DNA of 54,110 nt, from NCBI GenBank assembly GCA_015069065.1, contig SVJI01000001.1, forward strand, positions 1 through 54,110, written 5' to 3'. Made by a program: the position numbers and the translations under genes. Under the pieces are notes generated by a model. It saw only the letters and a list, made by a program, of their open reading frames with translations. It was not told where the DNA came from and did not search any database. This document shows positions 9,413-17,411 of this stretch, one piece after another. Position 1 is the first letter of the stretch; every line of letters starts with the position of its first letter. This DNA comes from Oscillospiraceae bacterium (GTDB lineage Bacteria > Bacillota > Clostridia > UMGS1883).

Positions 9413-10885
9413 TTAGTTCTTGTTTATTTTTTTCCATTCATCGTACTGACGCTGAAGCTCCTTAAACACCTTATCGCTTCCTGCCGCCTTAAACTTCTTA
9501 ATTGCTTTCGGAAGCTCTGTTTCAGGGTCTGAAACGCCTGTTGTAAGTGCAGGCATATATTCCTTATACACGTTGTTCATTGCTGCAATTTCTGCTGAAA
9601 GCTCAGAAATGTCAAATACAAATCCCAGTGCGGGAGATATAAATGATTCCTCGTTAAACTTTTTATAAGCGTCCCAAATATCTGTAGGAGTATTAGGAGG
9701 AATATTCAGAAGATAACGGTTACCCTGTGCCGCTGCGGTAGCGTAATAGTCATTTTCGGTAAAGTTCATTACACCCTCGGGGTATTTTACAGTAGTTCCT
9801 TCGTTTTCAAGGGTGTAGTGCTTTCCTTCAATACCGTAAACATACAGATTAAGTAAGTATTTGTCCGTATAGAGCATATTTAAGAATTCCATAGTTTTTT
9901 CTGGATTTTTTGATGTTCTTGAAATTGCCTGAAGTGCTGATTGAACATAATTTGTTGTTACAATAGAGTCGCCTACATTAACAAAGTATCTCTGTTTATC
10001 GGCAGTACGTGCAGCATTATACTGCTGTTCCTGATATGGAATCATCTCTGTACAGTTCATGAAGAAGGTAATATCATTACTTGTAGTTGCCGTATCTGCA
10101 TCAGGTCTTAAATATCCTTTTTCATACCAACGATGCATCATATCAAAGAATTCTTTTGCTGTATCTGTTTCTATCCAGTTCACAACTTTAGTATAATCTC
10201 CATCCTTTTCAAAAGCACCCAACACACTGTCGCTGATATACTCAAAGGGCAGAAGTCTTTTTACATAGTCATTACCTCTGATATCTGTAGGATAAACTGT
10301 AGGCTCTTTTTCTTTAATATCAGCTAAAATACTCTCCATGTCAGCAAGTGATTTTATATTGCTTAAATCTATATTATATTTATCGGTAAGCTGTTTGTTA
10401 CATCCGATTACATACTGTGTTCCCCAGTCCTTTATAGTAGGAACACCGTATATTTCTCCTTTGTATTTTACAGCATTCCACATTTCTTCAGGCATAAGCT
10501 CCAATATGTCCTTACCATGTGTTTCAAGCAACCTATCAATCGGCAAATATGCTCCGTTTTCTGCATTCTGTCCGTAGCTGTTTGCAGCTACCGAACACAT
10601 ATCAAATACTTCACCCGATGCTAAAAGCAGCTTTGTTTTTTCAGCATAATCAGCCGCACTGAAGTGAATAATTTTTACTGTCGCACCAATTTTTTCCTTG
10701 AGATACTCATTGATTTCTTTGTTTACCAAATCCTTGTCCTTGGTGTTGTCACCCTCGTTATACCAGACTATCTCGTATGTGTCTGTGCTTGTCTGTTCGC
10801 TCTTACCAAAGGAACAACCTGTTAATACAACACACGCTGTCAGTACCAAAGCTGTAATTCTGCTAACCATTTTTTTTGTTTTCAT
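9413..10885 (-). CDS. ABC transporter extracellular solute-binding lipoprotein (LplA-like, family 1)
   Basis: The ORF-track start at 10891 is TTG, only 2 nt after the SD. ATG at 10885 lies 9 nt after AAGGAG. Lipobox LTGC in MKTKKMVSRITALVLTACVVLTGCSF. Size (~490 aa) and position next to two sugar permeases fit. Confidence 0.8.
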   Translation of the reverse strand: MKTKKMVSRITALVLTACVVLTGCSFGKSEQTSTDTYEIVWYNEGDNTKDKDLVNKEINEYLKEKIGATVKIIHFSAADYAEKTKLLLASGEVFDMCSVAANSYGQNAENGAYLPIDRLLETHGKDILELMPEEMWNAVKYKGEIYGVPTIKDWGTQYVIGCNKQLTDKYNIDLSNIKSLADMESILADIKEKEPTVYPTDIRGNDYVKRLLPFEYISDSVLGAFEKDGDYTKVVNWIETDTAKEFFDMMHRWYEKGYLRPDADTATTSNDITFFMNCTEMIPYQEQQYNAARTADKQRYFVNVGDSIVTTNYVQSALQAISRTSKNPEKTMEFLNMLYTDKYLLNLYVYGIEGKHYTLENEGTTVKYPEGVMNFTENDYYATAAAQGNRYLLNIPPNTPTDIWDAYKKFNEESFISPALGFVFDISELSAEIAAMNNVYKEYMPALTTGVSDPETELPKAIKKFKAAGSDKVFKELQRQYDEWKKINKN

Positions 10886-10905
10886 TTTCAAACACTCCTT
10901 TTTAA

Positions 10906-11883
10906 TTATTCTTTAACTGATCCGATTGTTATTCCATTAACAAAATACTTTTGAAAAAATGGATAAGCTACCATTATCGGAATTGTTACCAATACAACCA
11001 GTGCCATCTTTACACTTTCTTCAGGCAGACTGTCATTAAGGTTTTGAATTTCAACACCGCTCATTCCCGTGCTTGCCGCATTGGAAAGATATTGAATTTC
11101 ATTTTCTATTCTTTTAAGCAATAACTGGATAGGAACCATTTTGTCATTTTCGACAATATACAAAAATGCCTGATACCAGTCGTTCCAATATGCAACTGCC
11201 AAAAACAGTGCTATTGTAGCAATAACAGGAACACACATCGGCAGTATTATCTTATAAAAGCTGAGAAAATCTCCTGCTCCATCAATTTTAGCCGCTTCTT
11301 CAATGCTGTCGGGAATTGACGTTCTCATATATGTGCGAAGTATCAAAATATATGTTCCGTTTATACACAGCGGAAGGATAAGAGCTAAAGCACTGTCACG
11401 CAAGTGAAGAATATTTGAATACATAATATATGTAGGAACGAGTCCGCCGTTAAAAAGCATTGTAAAATATATAAATAAAATGAACTGTCTTTTCCACGGA
11501 AAGCTCTTTCGTGTAATTGCATAAGCAAACAACGTCATAATTGAAAGACCAAACAGTGTTCCTATTATCGTTACACATATTGAAACACCATATGACTGCC
11601 ATATCTGACCGCCTGTCTTAAACAAGTATTCATAAGCTGAAAGCGACCATTTTGATGGCCAAAGCTTATATCCCTCAAGCATTAATGTTTCATTTTCCGT
11701 AAAGGATACTGCTATTGTCAAAAGCAGCGGTATCAGCATCGAAACAGAAAGCAGCGTAGTAATAAGAGTTAATATAAACTTCGTAACTGCCGAAAGGTCC
11801 TCTCTTTTAATATCTTTTTCAATAACCTCTTTATTCTTTTTAATTTTCACTTTATCATACCTCCAACCTTTATGCCTCTGCAT
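10906..11883 (-). CDS. carbohydrate ABC transporter permease (LplC/AraQ-like)
   Basis: Multi-TM protein with EAA loop EEAAKIDGAGDFLSFYKIILP. The start is ambiguous. I chose ATG at 11883, 1 nt after the upstream TAA, over the ORF-track start at 11928, which would overlap the upstream gene by 44 nt. No strong SD precedes either candidate. Confidence 0.75.
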   Translation of the reverse strand: MQRHKGWRYDKVKIKKNKEVIEKDIKREDLSAVTKFILTLITTLLSVSMLIPLLLTIAVSFTENETLMLEGYKLWPSKWSLSAYEYLFKTGGQIWQSYGVSICVTIIGTLFGLSIMTLFAYAITRKSFPWKRQFILFIYFTMLFNGGLVPTYIMYSNILHLRDSALALILPLCINGTYILILRTYMRTSIPDSIEEAAKIDGAGDFLSFYKIILPMCVPVIATIALFLAVAYWNDWYQAFLYIVENDKMVPIQLLLKRIENEIQYLSNAASTGMSGVEIQNLNDSLPEESVKMALVVLVTIPIMVAYPFFQKYFVNGITIGSVKE

Positions 11884-11884
11884 A

Positions 11885-12799
11885 TTAAAACATTGCATCA
11901 TCAGGAGAAACTTTTCTGATAATACCATTAGAAATCAAAACGCATGCAAAGGCTACAGTTGACTGATACAAGCCTGTTGCTGCTGTCATTCCCAGGTTTC
12001 CGCCCGACATTAAGCCATTGTAAACATACGTATCTATTGTGCTGGTTACGGGATAAAGTGTGCCGGAATTCCTTGGAACAAGGTAGAACAATCCGAAATC
12101 AGAATGGAAAATCGATCCAATGTTGAGTATAAACATAACAATAGCAATAGACTTAAGCATCGGTATTGTTATGTAACGTACCTGCTGAAACCATGTCGCC
12201 CCGTCGATTTTTGCCGCCTCATAATACTCAAGGCTGATTCCTCGGATACTGCTGTAGTAAATAATACTGCTATAGCCGATTCCTTTCCATAAATAAGCTA
12301 TTGGTATTATAAACGGCCAAAATTTAGGCTCGTTGTACCAGTTTACTGCCTCCCCGCCAAAGAACGTAACAACTTTATTTAAAAGACCCTTGTCAAAGCT
12401 TAAAATTGCAAATACAAAGTAGCTTCCAACAACCCATGAAATAAAATGGGGAAACAATACCAATGTCTGATTGGCACGGTTCAGCGTTGATTTTCCCAGC
12501 AAATCATAAATAATAGCCAGCGCCATTGCAAAAAACATTCCAAGTGAAATAAAGGCTACATTGTACAATATTGTATTTCTTGTAATAAGCCATGCATCTG
12601 AGGTTTTAAATAAAAACTCGAAATTTTTAAAGCCTACCCAGTCACTTCCGAATATGCCGGTGCTGAATTTAAAATTCTGAAAAGACATTACAACACCAAA
12701 CATCGGGCAATATCTGAGCAAAATAGTAAGAACCACTACAGGCAATGTCATTAACAGCAAAACTCTGTTTTTATAAACGTCATTTACAAATTTTCTCAT
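11885..12799 (-). CDS. carbohydrate ABC transporter permease (LplB/MalF-like)
   Basis: ATG at 12799 with GGAG upstream. Six predicted TM segments. EAA loop YEAAKIDGATWFQQVRYITIP. Confidence 0.8.
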   Translation of the reverse strand: MRKFVNDVYKNRVLLLMTLPVVVLTILLRYCPMFGVVMSFQNFKFSTGIFGSDWVGFKNFEFLFKTSDAWLITRNTILYNVAFISLGMFFAMALAIIYDLLGKSTLNRANQTLVLFPHFISWVVGSYFVFAILSFDKGLLNKVVTFFGGEAVNWYNEPKFWPFIIPIAYLWKGIGYSSIIYYSSIRGISLEYYEAAKIDGATWFQQVRYITIPMLKSIAIVMFILNIGSIFHSDFGLFYLVPRNSGTLYPVTSTIDTYVYNGLMSGGNLGMTAATGLYQSTVAFACVLISNGIIRKVSPDDAMF

Positions 12800-12832
12800 T
12801 TTAACACTCCATTACTGATTTTTTCTGAAAAC

Positions 12833-14599
12833 TTATATTTTTACATTTGTATCTAAAAGTATTTTTGCACTAATTCCTCCCTTTTCATTTTTTTCATATT
12901 CTAATCCGCACCCCTCGTTGTAGGTGTGTTTAATACGCATTGCTACATTTCTTATTCCAACATGGTATTTTTGCCTGTTTTCGCCGCTTAATATCTTGTT
13001 AAGCGCATCTACTTCACTGCCTTTTCCATCATCTTCTATAGAGATTTGTATGTATTTTCCTTTTCTTTCTACACTAATTTTAATTGAAATACCCTCGCTC
13101 TCGCTCATCCCGTGTATTATGGAATTTTCAACCAGTGGCTGCAATATACATTTCGGTACTTCTATATTGCAAACATCATCAGGTACATCAATATTTAAAT
13201 CAATATTTCCCGCATATCTGTTTCGCTGAAGCATTACGTATTTTCTTACGCATTCAAGCTCCTCGGAAAATTTTGCCGTGATTTTTCCGTCTTTAATACT
13301 GTAGGATAAAATCTGAGAAAGCAAATCAGCCATTTCTCCGATTTCATCTTCGCCTTTTTCTATTGCAAGCCATGATATCGAATCAAGAACGTTATAGAGA
13401 AAATGTGGATTAATCTGTGCCTGCAGCATCTGTATTTCCATTTGCTGCGTTTTTTTGTTCTGCTCATTTTCTCGCTGCTTTGCGGTCACTATCTTATCCA
13501 GCATAATGTTAAAGGAACGATACAGCTCGCCTACTTCATCACGGTTATCTGACTTTACTCTTATTGCATTAAGATTACTATAATCTATTTTTCCCATCGA
13601 ATCTGCAAGTCTTTTTATAGGTCTCGTAAGATAATAGGAGAGAATTATCAAAATTAAAAATGTAGCAATTATAGCTACAAAAATTGCACCTATAACCACA
13701 GTTCTTATATCACTTGCCTTTAGGTATATGCTGTCTAATGGTACAAAAGATACAAAGGAAACACCTATATCCGTTCTTACCATATTAATTACATATTCAT
13801 CGTCCTCAAATGTGTGGGCGACATTAAATCCGATGAGGTTTTCATCCGCAATTTTTTTTACGTAATTATTATCCAATCCATTTTCATTTTTAGCAATTAT
13901 CTGATTGTTACTATCCAGAACCGCCACCATCATATTATCCGAAAGAGAAAGTATCTGCATTTTTTGCAGCAGTTCCAAACAGTCAATTCCTATAATTCCT
14001 ACCCCCATCATTGAGTCATAATTTGTATAAACGGGAATCTGAGCTTTAATTGCTTTTGCAAAATAGATATATTCAGGATTTTCTTCTAATCTGAAAGTAT
14101 AAAACGGACCGTCATTAAAATAAACTTCGTTATACCAGTTCTCATTTTTTATGTGGTTTAAGCTATACATTCCAAATTCAGTATTTTCAAAGGTATTTGA
14201 TTTTACCTTACCAAGTTCCTTTGCCATAGCACATTCATCATTAACATAGAAATGTAGCATATATTCATTTAGCATTGAACCTACCGATAGTTCAAAAAAG
14301 CTTCTGTATTCATTGATAAAATTTGTCTTGTTATTTGAAGCCTCAGTTGACGAATCGGGAACTTTATTTAATGATTTAATCATGAACTCATTGGAGCTGA
14401 TTGCTGCAAAGCTTCGTCCCATTCCTTTAGCAATACTATCGAAACTTTGTTTGTTTTCAAGCATACTCGCCTTTATGTCATTTTTAATCTGAGATACTAT
14501 AATCCTCTCAAATCTTCCATACATAAAGCTACTTAAACAGATTACTACCACCAAAAAGGACGCAAACATCGAGATTAACACTTTTAACCGTATACTCAT
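12833..14599 (-). CDS. sensor histidine kinase, YesM-like
   Basis: Two TM segments flank a ~270-aa outside domain. HAMP region (LTRPIKRLADSM). His-kinase block QINPHFLYNVLDSI. ATPase boxes LQPLVENSIIHG and IEDDGKG. ATGA overlap with the response-regulator stop. Confidence 0.85.
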   Translation of the reverse strand: MSIRLKVLISMFASFLVVVICLSSFMYGRFERIIVSQIKNDIKASMLENKQSFDSIAKGMGRSFAAISSNEFMIKSLNKVPDSSTEASNNKTNFINEYRSFFELSVGSMLNEYMLHFYVNDECAMAKELGKVKSNTFENTEFGMYSLNHIKNENWYNEVYFNDGPFYTFRLEENPEYIYFAKAIKAQIPVYTNYDSMMGVGIIGIDCLELLQKMQILSLSDNMMVAVLDSNNQIIAKNENGLDNNYVKKIADENLIGFNVAHTFEDDEYVINMVRTDIGVSFVSFVPLDSIYLKASDIRTVVIGAIFVAIIATFLILIILSYYLTRPIKRLADSMGKIDYSNLNAIRVKSDNRDEVGELYRSFNIMLDKIVTAKQRENEQNKKTQQMEIQMLQAQINPHFLYNVLDSISWLAIEKGEDEIGEMADLLSQILSYSIKDGKITAKFSEELECVRKYVMLQRNRYAGNIDLNIDVPDDVCNIEVPKCILQPLVENSIIHGMSESEGISIKISVERKGKYIQISIEDDGKGSEVDALNKILSGENRQKYHVGIRNVAMRIKHTYNEGCGLEYEKNEKGGISAKILLDTNVKI

Positions 14600-15651
14600 T
14601 GCTTGACGCCCCCTTTTCTGTGTTGGCGGCTGTATTCCGTAGGCGACATATTCATAACATTTTTAAAAACTTTAGAAAAATAACGAAAATCCTCATATCC
14701 AACTAAAGAAGCAATATATGTAATTGTTAGATCTGTTTCCTTTATTAGTTGCGTTGCTTTCTTAATTTTCTTTCTGGTTATATAATCAACTACAGTACAG
14801 TTTTCATTCTTTTTGAAAAGTGTACCAAGATATGCTGTAGAAATATTAAAGCGATTGGCTACATTGATTGTACTTAATCCTTGTTCTGTGTAATGTTTTT
14901 CAATATAATCTTTAATCTTTTCGATTGTAAGGTTCTCTTTCCTTGACTGCACTGAAATTCCATATCGCATAATATTTTCGTATGTTTCAATAAAAAACGT
15001 TTTATATTCCGCTTCTGAAGTACATTTTCTGAATTCAGAAAGAAGACTCTCTTCAAATGAACGTTCTGGATTTAATTCACGTGCAAATTCAGCCATTATT
15101 TTAAACAGAAACGAATAGTATTCACGTGCCAAAGCATTGTTTATCCTGTTGAAATATTTATCAAGGGTTAAAATGCTATCAATTACTTTCATATCCCGTT
15201 CTACAAAAGCCTTTTTCACAGTTTTCCCGAAATCACTATTATAAATAAGCGATGTCAATTTGCGTTTTTGCTCTTTTTCTTCATTGACTTCAATCATAAT
15301 TTCTGAAAGCTGCTTTAACTTTTCTTTGTTGATAGGCTTTAAAATATACCTTCTGACTCCATATTCTAGAGCCTCCTGCAAAAGCTCAAACTCCTGATAT
15401 GCAGAAAGCAAAATAATTACTGTATCGGGACAATTATTACTTACATATTTACTTAATGACAGACCATCCATCAGTGGCATTTTTACATCCGAAATAATAA
15501 CATCCGCTTCGTGCTGGCTAAGAAATTCCATTACCTCTTTCCCGTTCTTACACACAGCAACCAGTCTTGCTCTAAGCTCTTCCCATTCTATGACTTTTTG
15601 CAATCCGTTTCTTACATATACATCGTCATCAACAATAACAACATCAATCAT
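14596..15651 (-). CDS. two-component response regulator with AraC-type HTH output, YesN-like
   Basis: Start moved to ATG 15651 (MIDVVIVDDD...), preceded by AAGGATGGTGA. The ORF-track N-terminal extension (to 15720) has no SD. Receiver motifs DVIISDVKMPLMDG and ILKP. C-terminal AraC HTH (INVANRFNISTAYLGTLFKK...IASLVGYEDFRYFSKVFKNVMNMSPTEY). Confidence 0.85.
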   Translation of the reverse strand: MIDVVIVDDDVYVRNGLQKVIEWEELRARLVAVCKNGKEVMEFLSQHEADVIISDVKMPLMDGLSLSKYVSNNCPDTVIILLSAYQEFELLQEALEYGVRRYILKPINKEKLKQLSEIMIEVNEEKEQKRKLTSLIYNSDFGKTVKKAFVERDMKVIDSILTLDKYFNRINNALAREYYSFLFKIMAEFARELNPERSFEESLLSEFRKCTSEAEYKTFFIETYENIMRYGISVQSRKENLTIEKIKDYIEKHYTEQGLSTINVANRFNISTAYLGTLFKKNENCTVVDYITRKKIKKATQLIKETDLTITYIASLVGYEDFRYFSKVFKNVMNMSPTEYSRQHRKGGVKQ

Positions 15652-15834
15652 ACTTTCACCATCCTTTTTTATAGACACACCTGTCAATTTTATTCTATCA
15701 CGATAAATAGCAAAGAACAAATGACAAATAATGCCTATATTAATTTGTGAAAATATTGCAAAATTAGGATTTTGTTAAAAACATATAATTTTTATTTTCA
15801 ATTTAATTATAATTTAAGTCATTTCTTCTAACAA

Positions 15835-15873
15835 TCGTAAATTTTTTATTAACACTCGTAATATTTTTATTAA
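15835..15873. promoter_or_regulatory. imperfect 18-bp direct repeat at 21-bp period upstream of the regulator operon
   Basis: TCGTAAATTTTTTATTAA (15835-15852) and TCGTAATATTTTTATTAA (15856-15873) match at 16 of 18 positions. The 21-bp phasing is the geometry used by AraC-type dimers. The region is very AT-rich, so this is weak. Confidence 0.25.
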
Positions 15874-16029
15874 AAACAAATTTGTGCTTAAAGATAATAT
15901 TGCAAGCAAATATTAACCATTCAAAGTTTCCTCTTCAGGACACGATGTCCACAAGTTTATAAAAATCTCAGTATTTACAAAATCAGAAGTGTTATAAACT
16001 GCTATACAAAGCCAAATACAGACGTATTC

Positions 16030-16062
16030 AAGAAGAAATTCCCACGGTGGGAATTTCTTCTT
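16030..16062 (+). terminator. perfect 16-bp hairpin at the left edge of module A (insulator or terminator)
   Basis: AAGAAGAAATTCCCAC-g-GTGGGAATTTCTTCTT followed by GTTTAT. The U-rich 3' arm makes it terminator-like. An imperfect counterpart lies in copy B at about 51077-51106, downstream of the AraC gene. Confidence 0.5.
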
Positions 16063-16139
16063 GTTTATGTGTAATACGCTATTTTTTTATAGAAGAATAA
16101 AATTTTTTTAAAAACTTGCAGAAAAAACAGCTCCACCCA

Positions 16140-16168
16140 TTGCATCGCTTTTGTAAATAGTATATACT
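16140..16168 (+). promoter_or_regulatory. promoter-like site P1 (copy A)
   Basis: TTGCAT, 17 nt, TATACT. It is conserved in copy B as TTGCAA, 17 nt, TATACT. Confidence 0.45.
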
Positions 16169-16177
16169 TGTCTCGTA

Positions 16178-16209
16178 AAAATGGTAAGCAGTTAAAATGG
16201 TAAGCAGTT
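16178..16209 (+). repeat. perfect tandem 16-mer x2 (AAAATGGTAAGCAGTT)
   Basis: Units at 16178-16193 and 16194-16209, about 10 nt downstream of P1. The same sequence occurs in copy B (51224-51255). Confidence 0.9.
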
Positions 16210-16358
16210 AAGCGTATTTTTTGATTTATTTATTCCTACTTTAATGGGATAACTCTGTCCAAAAATCGCTTTTTCATGAATTGAGGTTAATAAACAAAGC
16301 AAAGTGTAAATGCATTTTGACATATATATTGATATTTTGTAAACTTTTGTCAACCTGC

Positions 16359-16387
16359 TTTACATCAGATATTTGGTATGATATTAT
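16359..16387 (+). promoter_or_regulatory. promoter P2 of the candidate ncRNA (copy A)
   Basis: TTTACA (16359-16364), 17-nt spacer ending in TGa, then TATTAT (16382-16387), which gives an extended -10. A perfect TATAAT also overlaps at 16387-16392. The same arrangement is in copy B. Confidence 0.6.
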
Positions 16388-16395
16388 ATAATCAA

Positions 16396-16703
16396 TAATT
16401 AATTTATGCGTGGGGTTCCCGAGGCTTTTCTGTAAAGTCTTAGCATACTAGATGTCGTGATTGTAATTAAAGCCAACGGTATAGCTATGCCCATTTTTAG
16501 GGGATTTACTGTGAACTTTATTAAGTATGATTGTATTTTACACTTTATTTTGAGAATTATTTTTTGAGGTTAATGAAAGATTATGAGTCTATTTAAGTTT
16601 TAACTTAAATGCTCCGAAAAGTCAGCTGTGCTGACAAAGTGAATAAAGAGGTTAAAAGAATGTAGAATTAAATCCAAAATGGATTAGTCTGCATTCTTTT
16701 TTT
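16396..16703 (+). ncRNA. candidate structured ncRNA, ~310 nt, unknown class (copy A)
   Basis: Bounded by promoter P2 and an intrinsic terminator: AGAATGTAGA 16657-16666 pairs with TCTGCATTCT 16688-16697, followed by a T-run to 16703. The 5' ~150 nt and 3' ~90 nt are conserved with copy B around a divergent core. One hairpin is replaced by a different hairpin at the same place in copy B. No SD and no conserved ORF. The 5' end is approximate. Confidence 0.6.
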
Positions 16704-16761
16704 GTCTGAAATACAAGGAGAATTGAAGTCCTACAGGCACTTATTTGTACTGTCTTACTGA

Positions 16762-17038
16762 TAGTCATCGGATAGCCGGACTACATATGGTTTAAAAAGG
16801 GAAATTTCGTATAATACTGCAGAAAATTCTGCAAATATACTTAAGTATTATTCTTGAATTTTCTTTGTCTTATAACAAAATTTCCTCTTTTGAAACTCTC
16901 CGACCTTATATTTAGAAAAATTTTATATAATTTCAATACGGAGGACGAAGATAGGCTGACGCCTTTCAAGGACGACAAGTTGAAAGGATAAAAATTTTTC
17001 AAATATAAGGCATATGCAGTTCGACTATCCGATGACTA
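16762..17038. mobile_element. 277-bp MITE-like insertion with ~28-bp imperfect terminal inverted repeats
   Basis: Present in module A and absent from module B (B reads ...GTACTGTCTTACAAATTAGTGTACGGAC...). Left end is TAGTCATCGGATAGCCGGACTACATATG. The RC of the right end is TAGTCATCGGATAGTCGAACTGCATATG. A second internal inverted repeat is CCTTATATTTAGAAAAATTT / AAATTTTTCAAATATAAGG. No ORF. TA lies at both junctions. Confidence 0.65.
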
Positions 17039-17132
17039 AGTGTACGGACAAAGGATAATGAATGAATCAAACGATTTTAAAACGCAAAGTTTTTAACAGG
17101 TTTGTATGCACCTGAAAAGATTAGGCAGAATC

Positions 17133-17185
17133 TTGACGCAGTAGCGGCTGCGGAATATTTTACATATGTCACCGCTATGACATAT
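17133..17185 (+). promoter_or_regulatory. promoter-like site P3 plus 8-bp inverted repeat (candidate operator) upstream of xis-int (copy A)
   Basis: TTGACG (17133-17138), 17 nt, TATTTT (17156-17161). Immediately after it comes ATATGTCA-ccgcta-TGACATAT (17164-17185). Both elements occur with the same sequence in copy B. Confidence 0.4.
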
Positions 17186-17411
17186 TTCAGCATCTGCAAT
17201 ATCATTGGAACGCACCTGAGTTTAGCAGGTATGATGCTACCGCAGAGTTTATACTCACCCATATAGGGTTGCGGGAATATTACTAACCGGGCAATATGCC
17301 AATAGATAATACAAATCATACTAAATGGAGACAGAGATAATAAACACACCTCAATATACCGATATAAATGAAAATATAATTAATTCATATCGGGAAACAG
17401 AGAGGTAACGG

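Noticed and set aside
14596-15720. N-terminal extensions in several ORF-track models (15720, 10891, 21730, 23991, 25203, 27904, 30565, 43036, 45200, 46080, 48557, 50086)
   Set aside because: Each extension either starts at a non-ATG codon too close to the SD or without one, overlaps the upstream gene, or precedes an internal ATG/TTG that has a good SD and yields a proper signal peptide or domain start. Starts were trimmed accordingly.
16406-16435. ATG CGT GGG... mini-ORF at the 5' end of the candidate RNA
   Set aside because: It is 9 codons long in copy A but 57 codons in copy B because of the swapped hairpin. It has no SD and the downstream peptide is not conserved.
16396-16703. Tried to read the candidate RNA as a known class (T-box, riboswitch, group II intron 5' end or domain V, hammerhead, tmRNA, 6S, retron msr/msd)
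   Set aside because: None of the diagnostic cores is visible: T-box AGAGA/GGUGNRA, GUGYG plus domain V, or CUGAUGA...GAAA. No reverse transcriptase gene is nearby. The class is left open, and only a covariance-model search can settle it.
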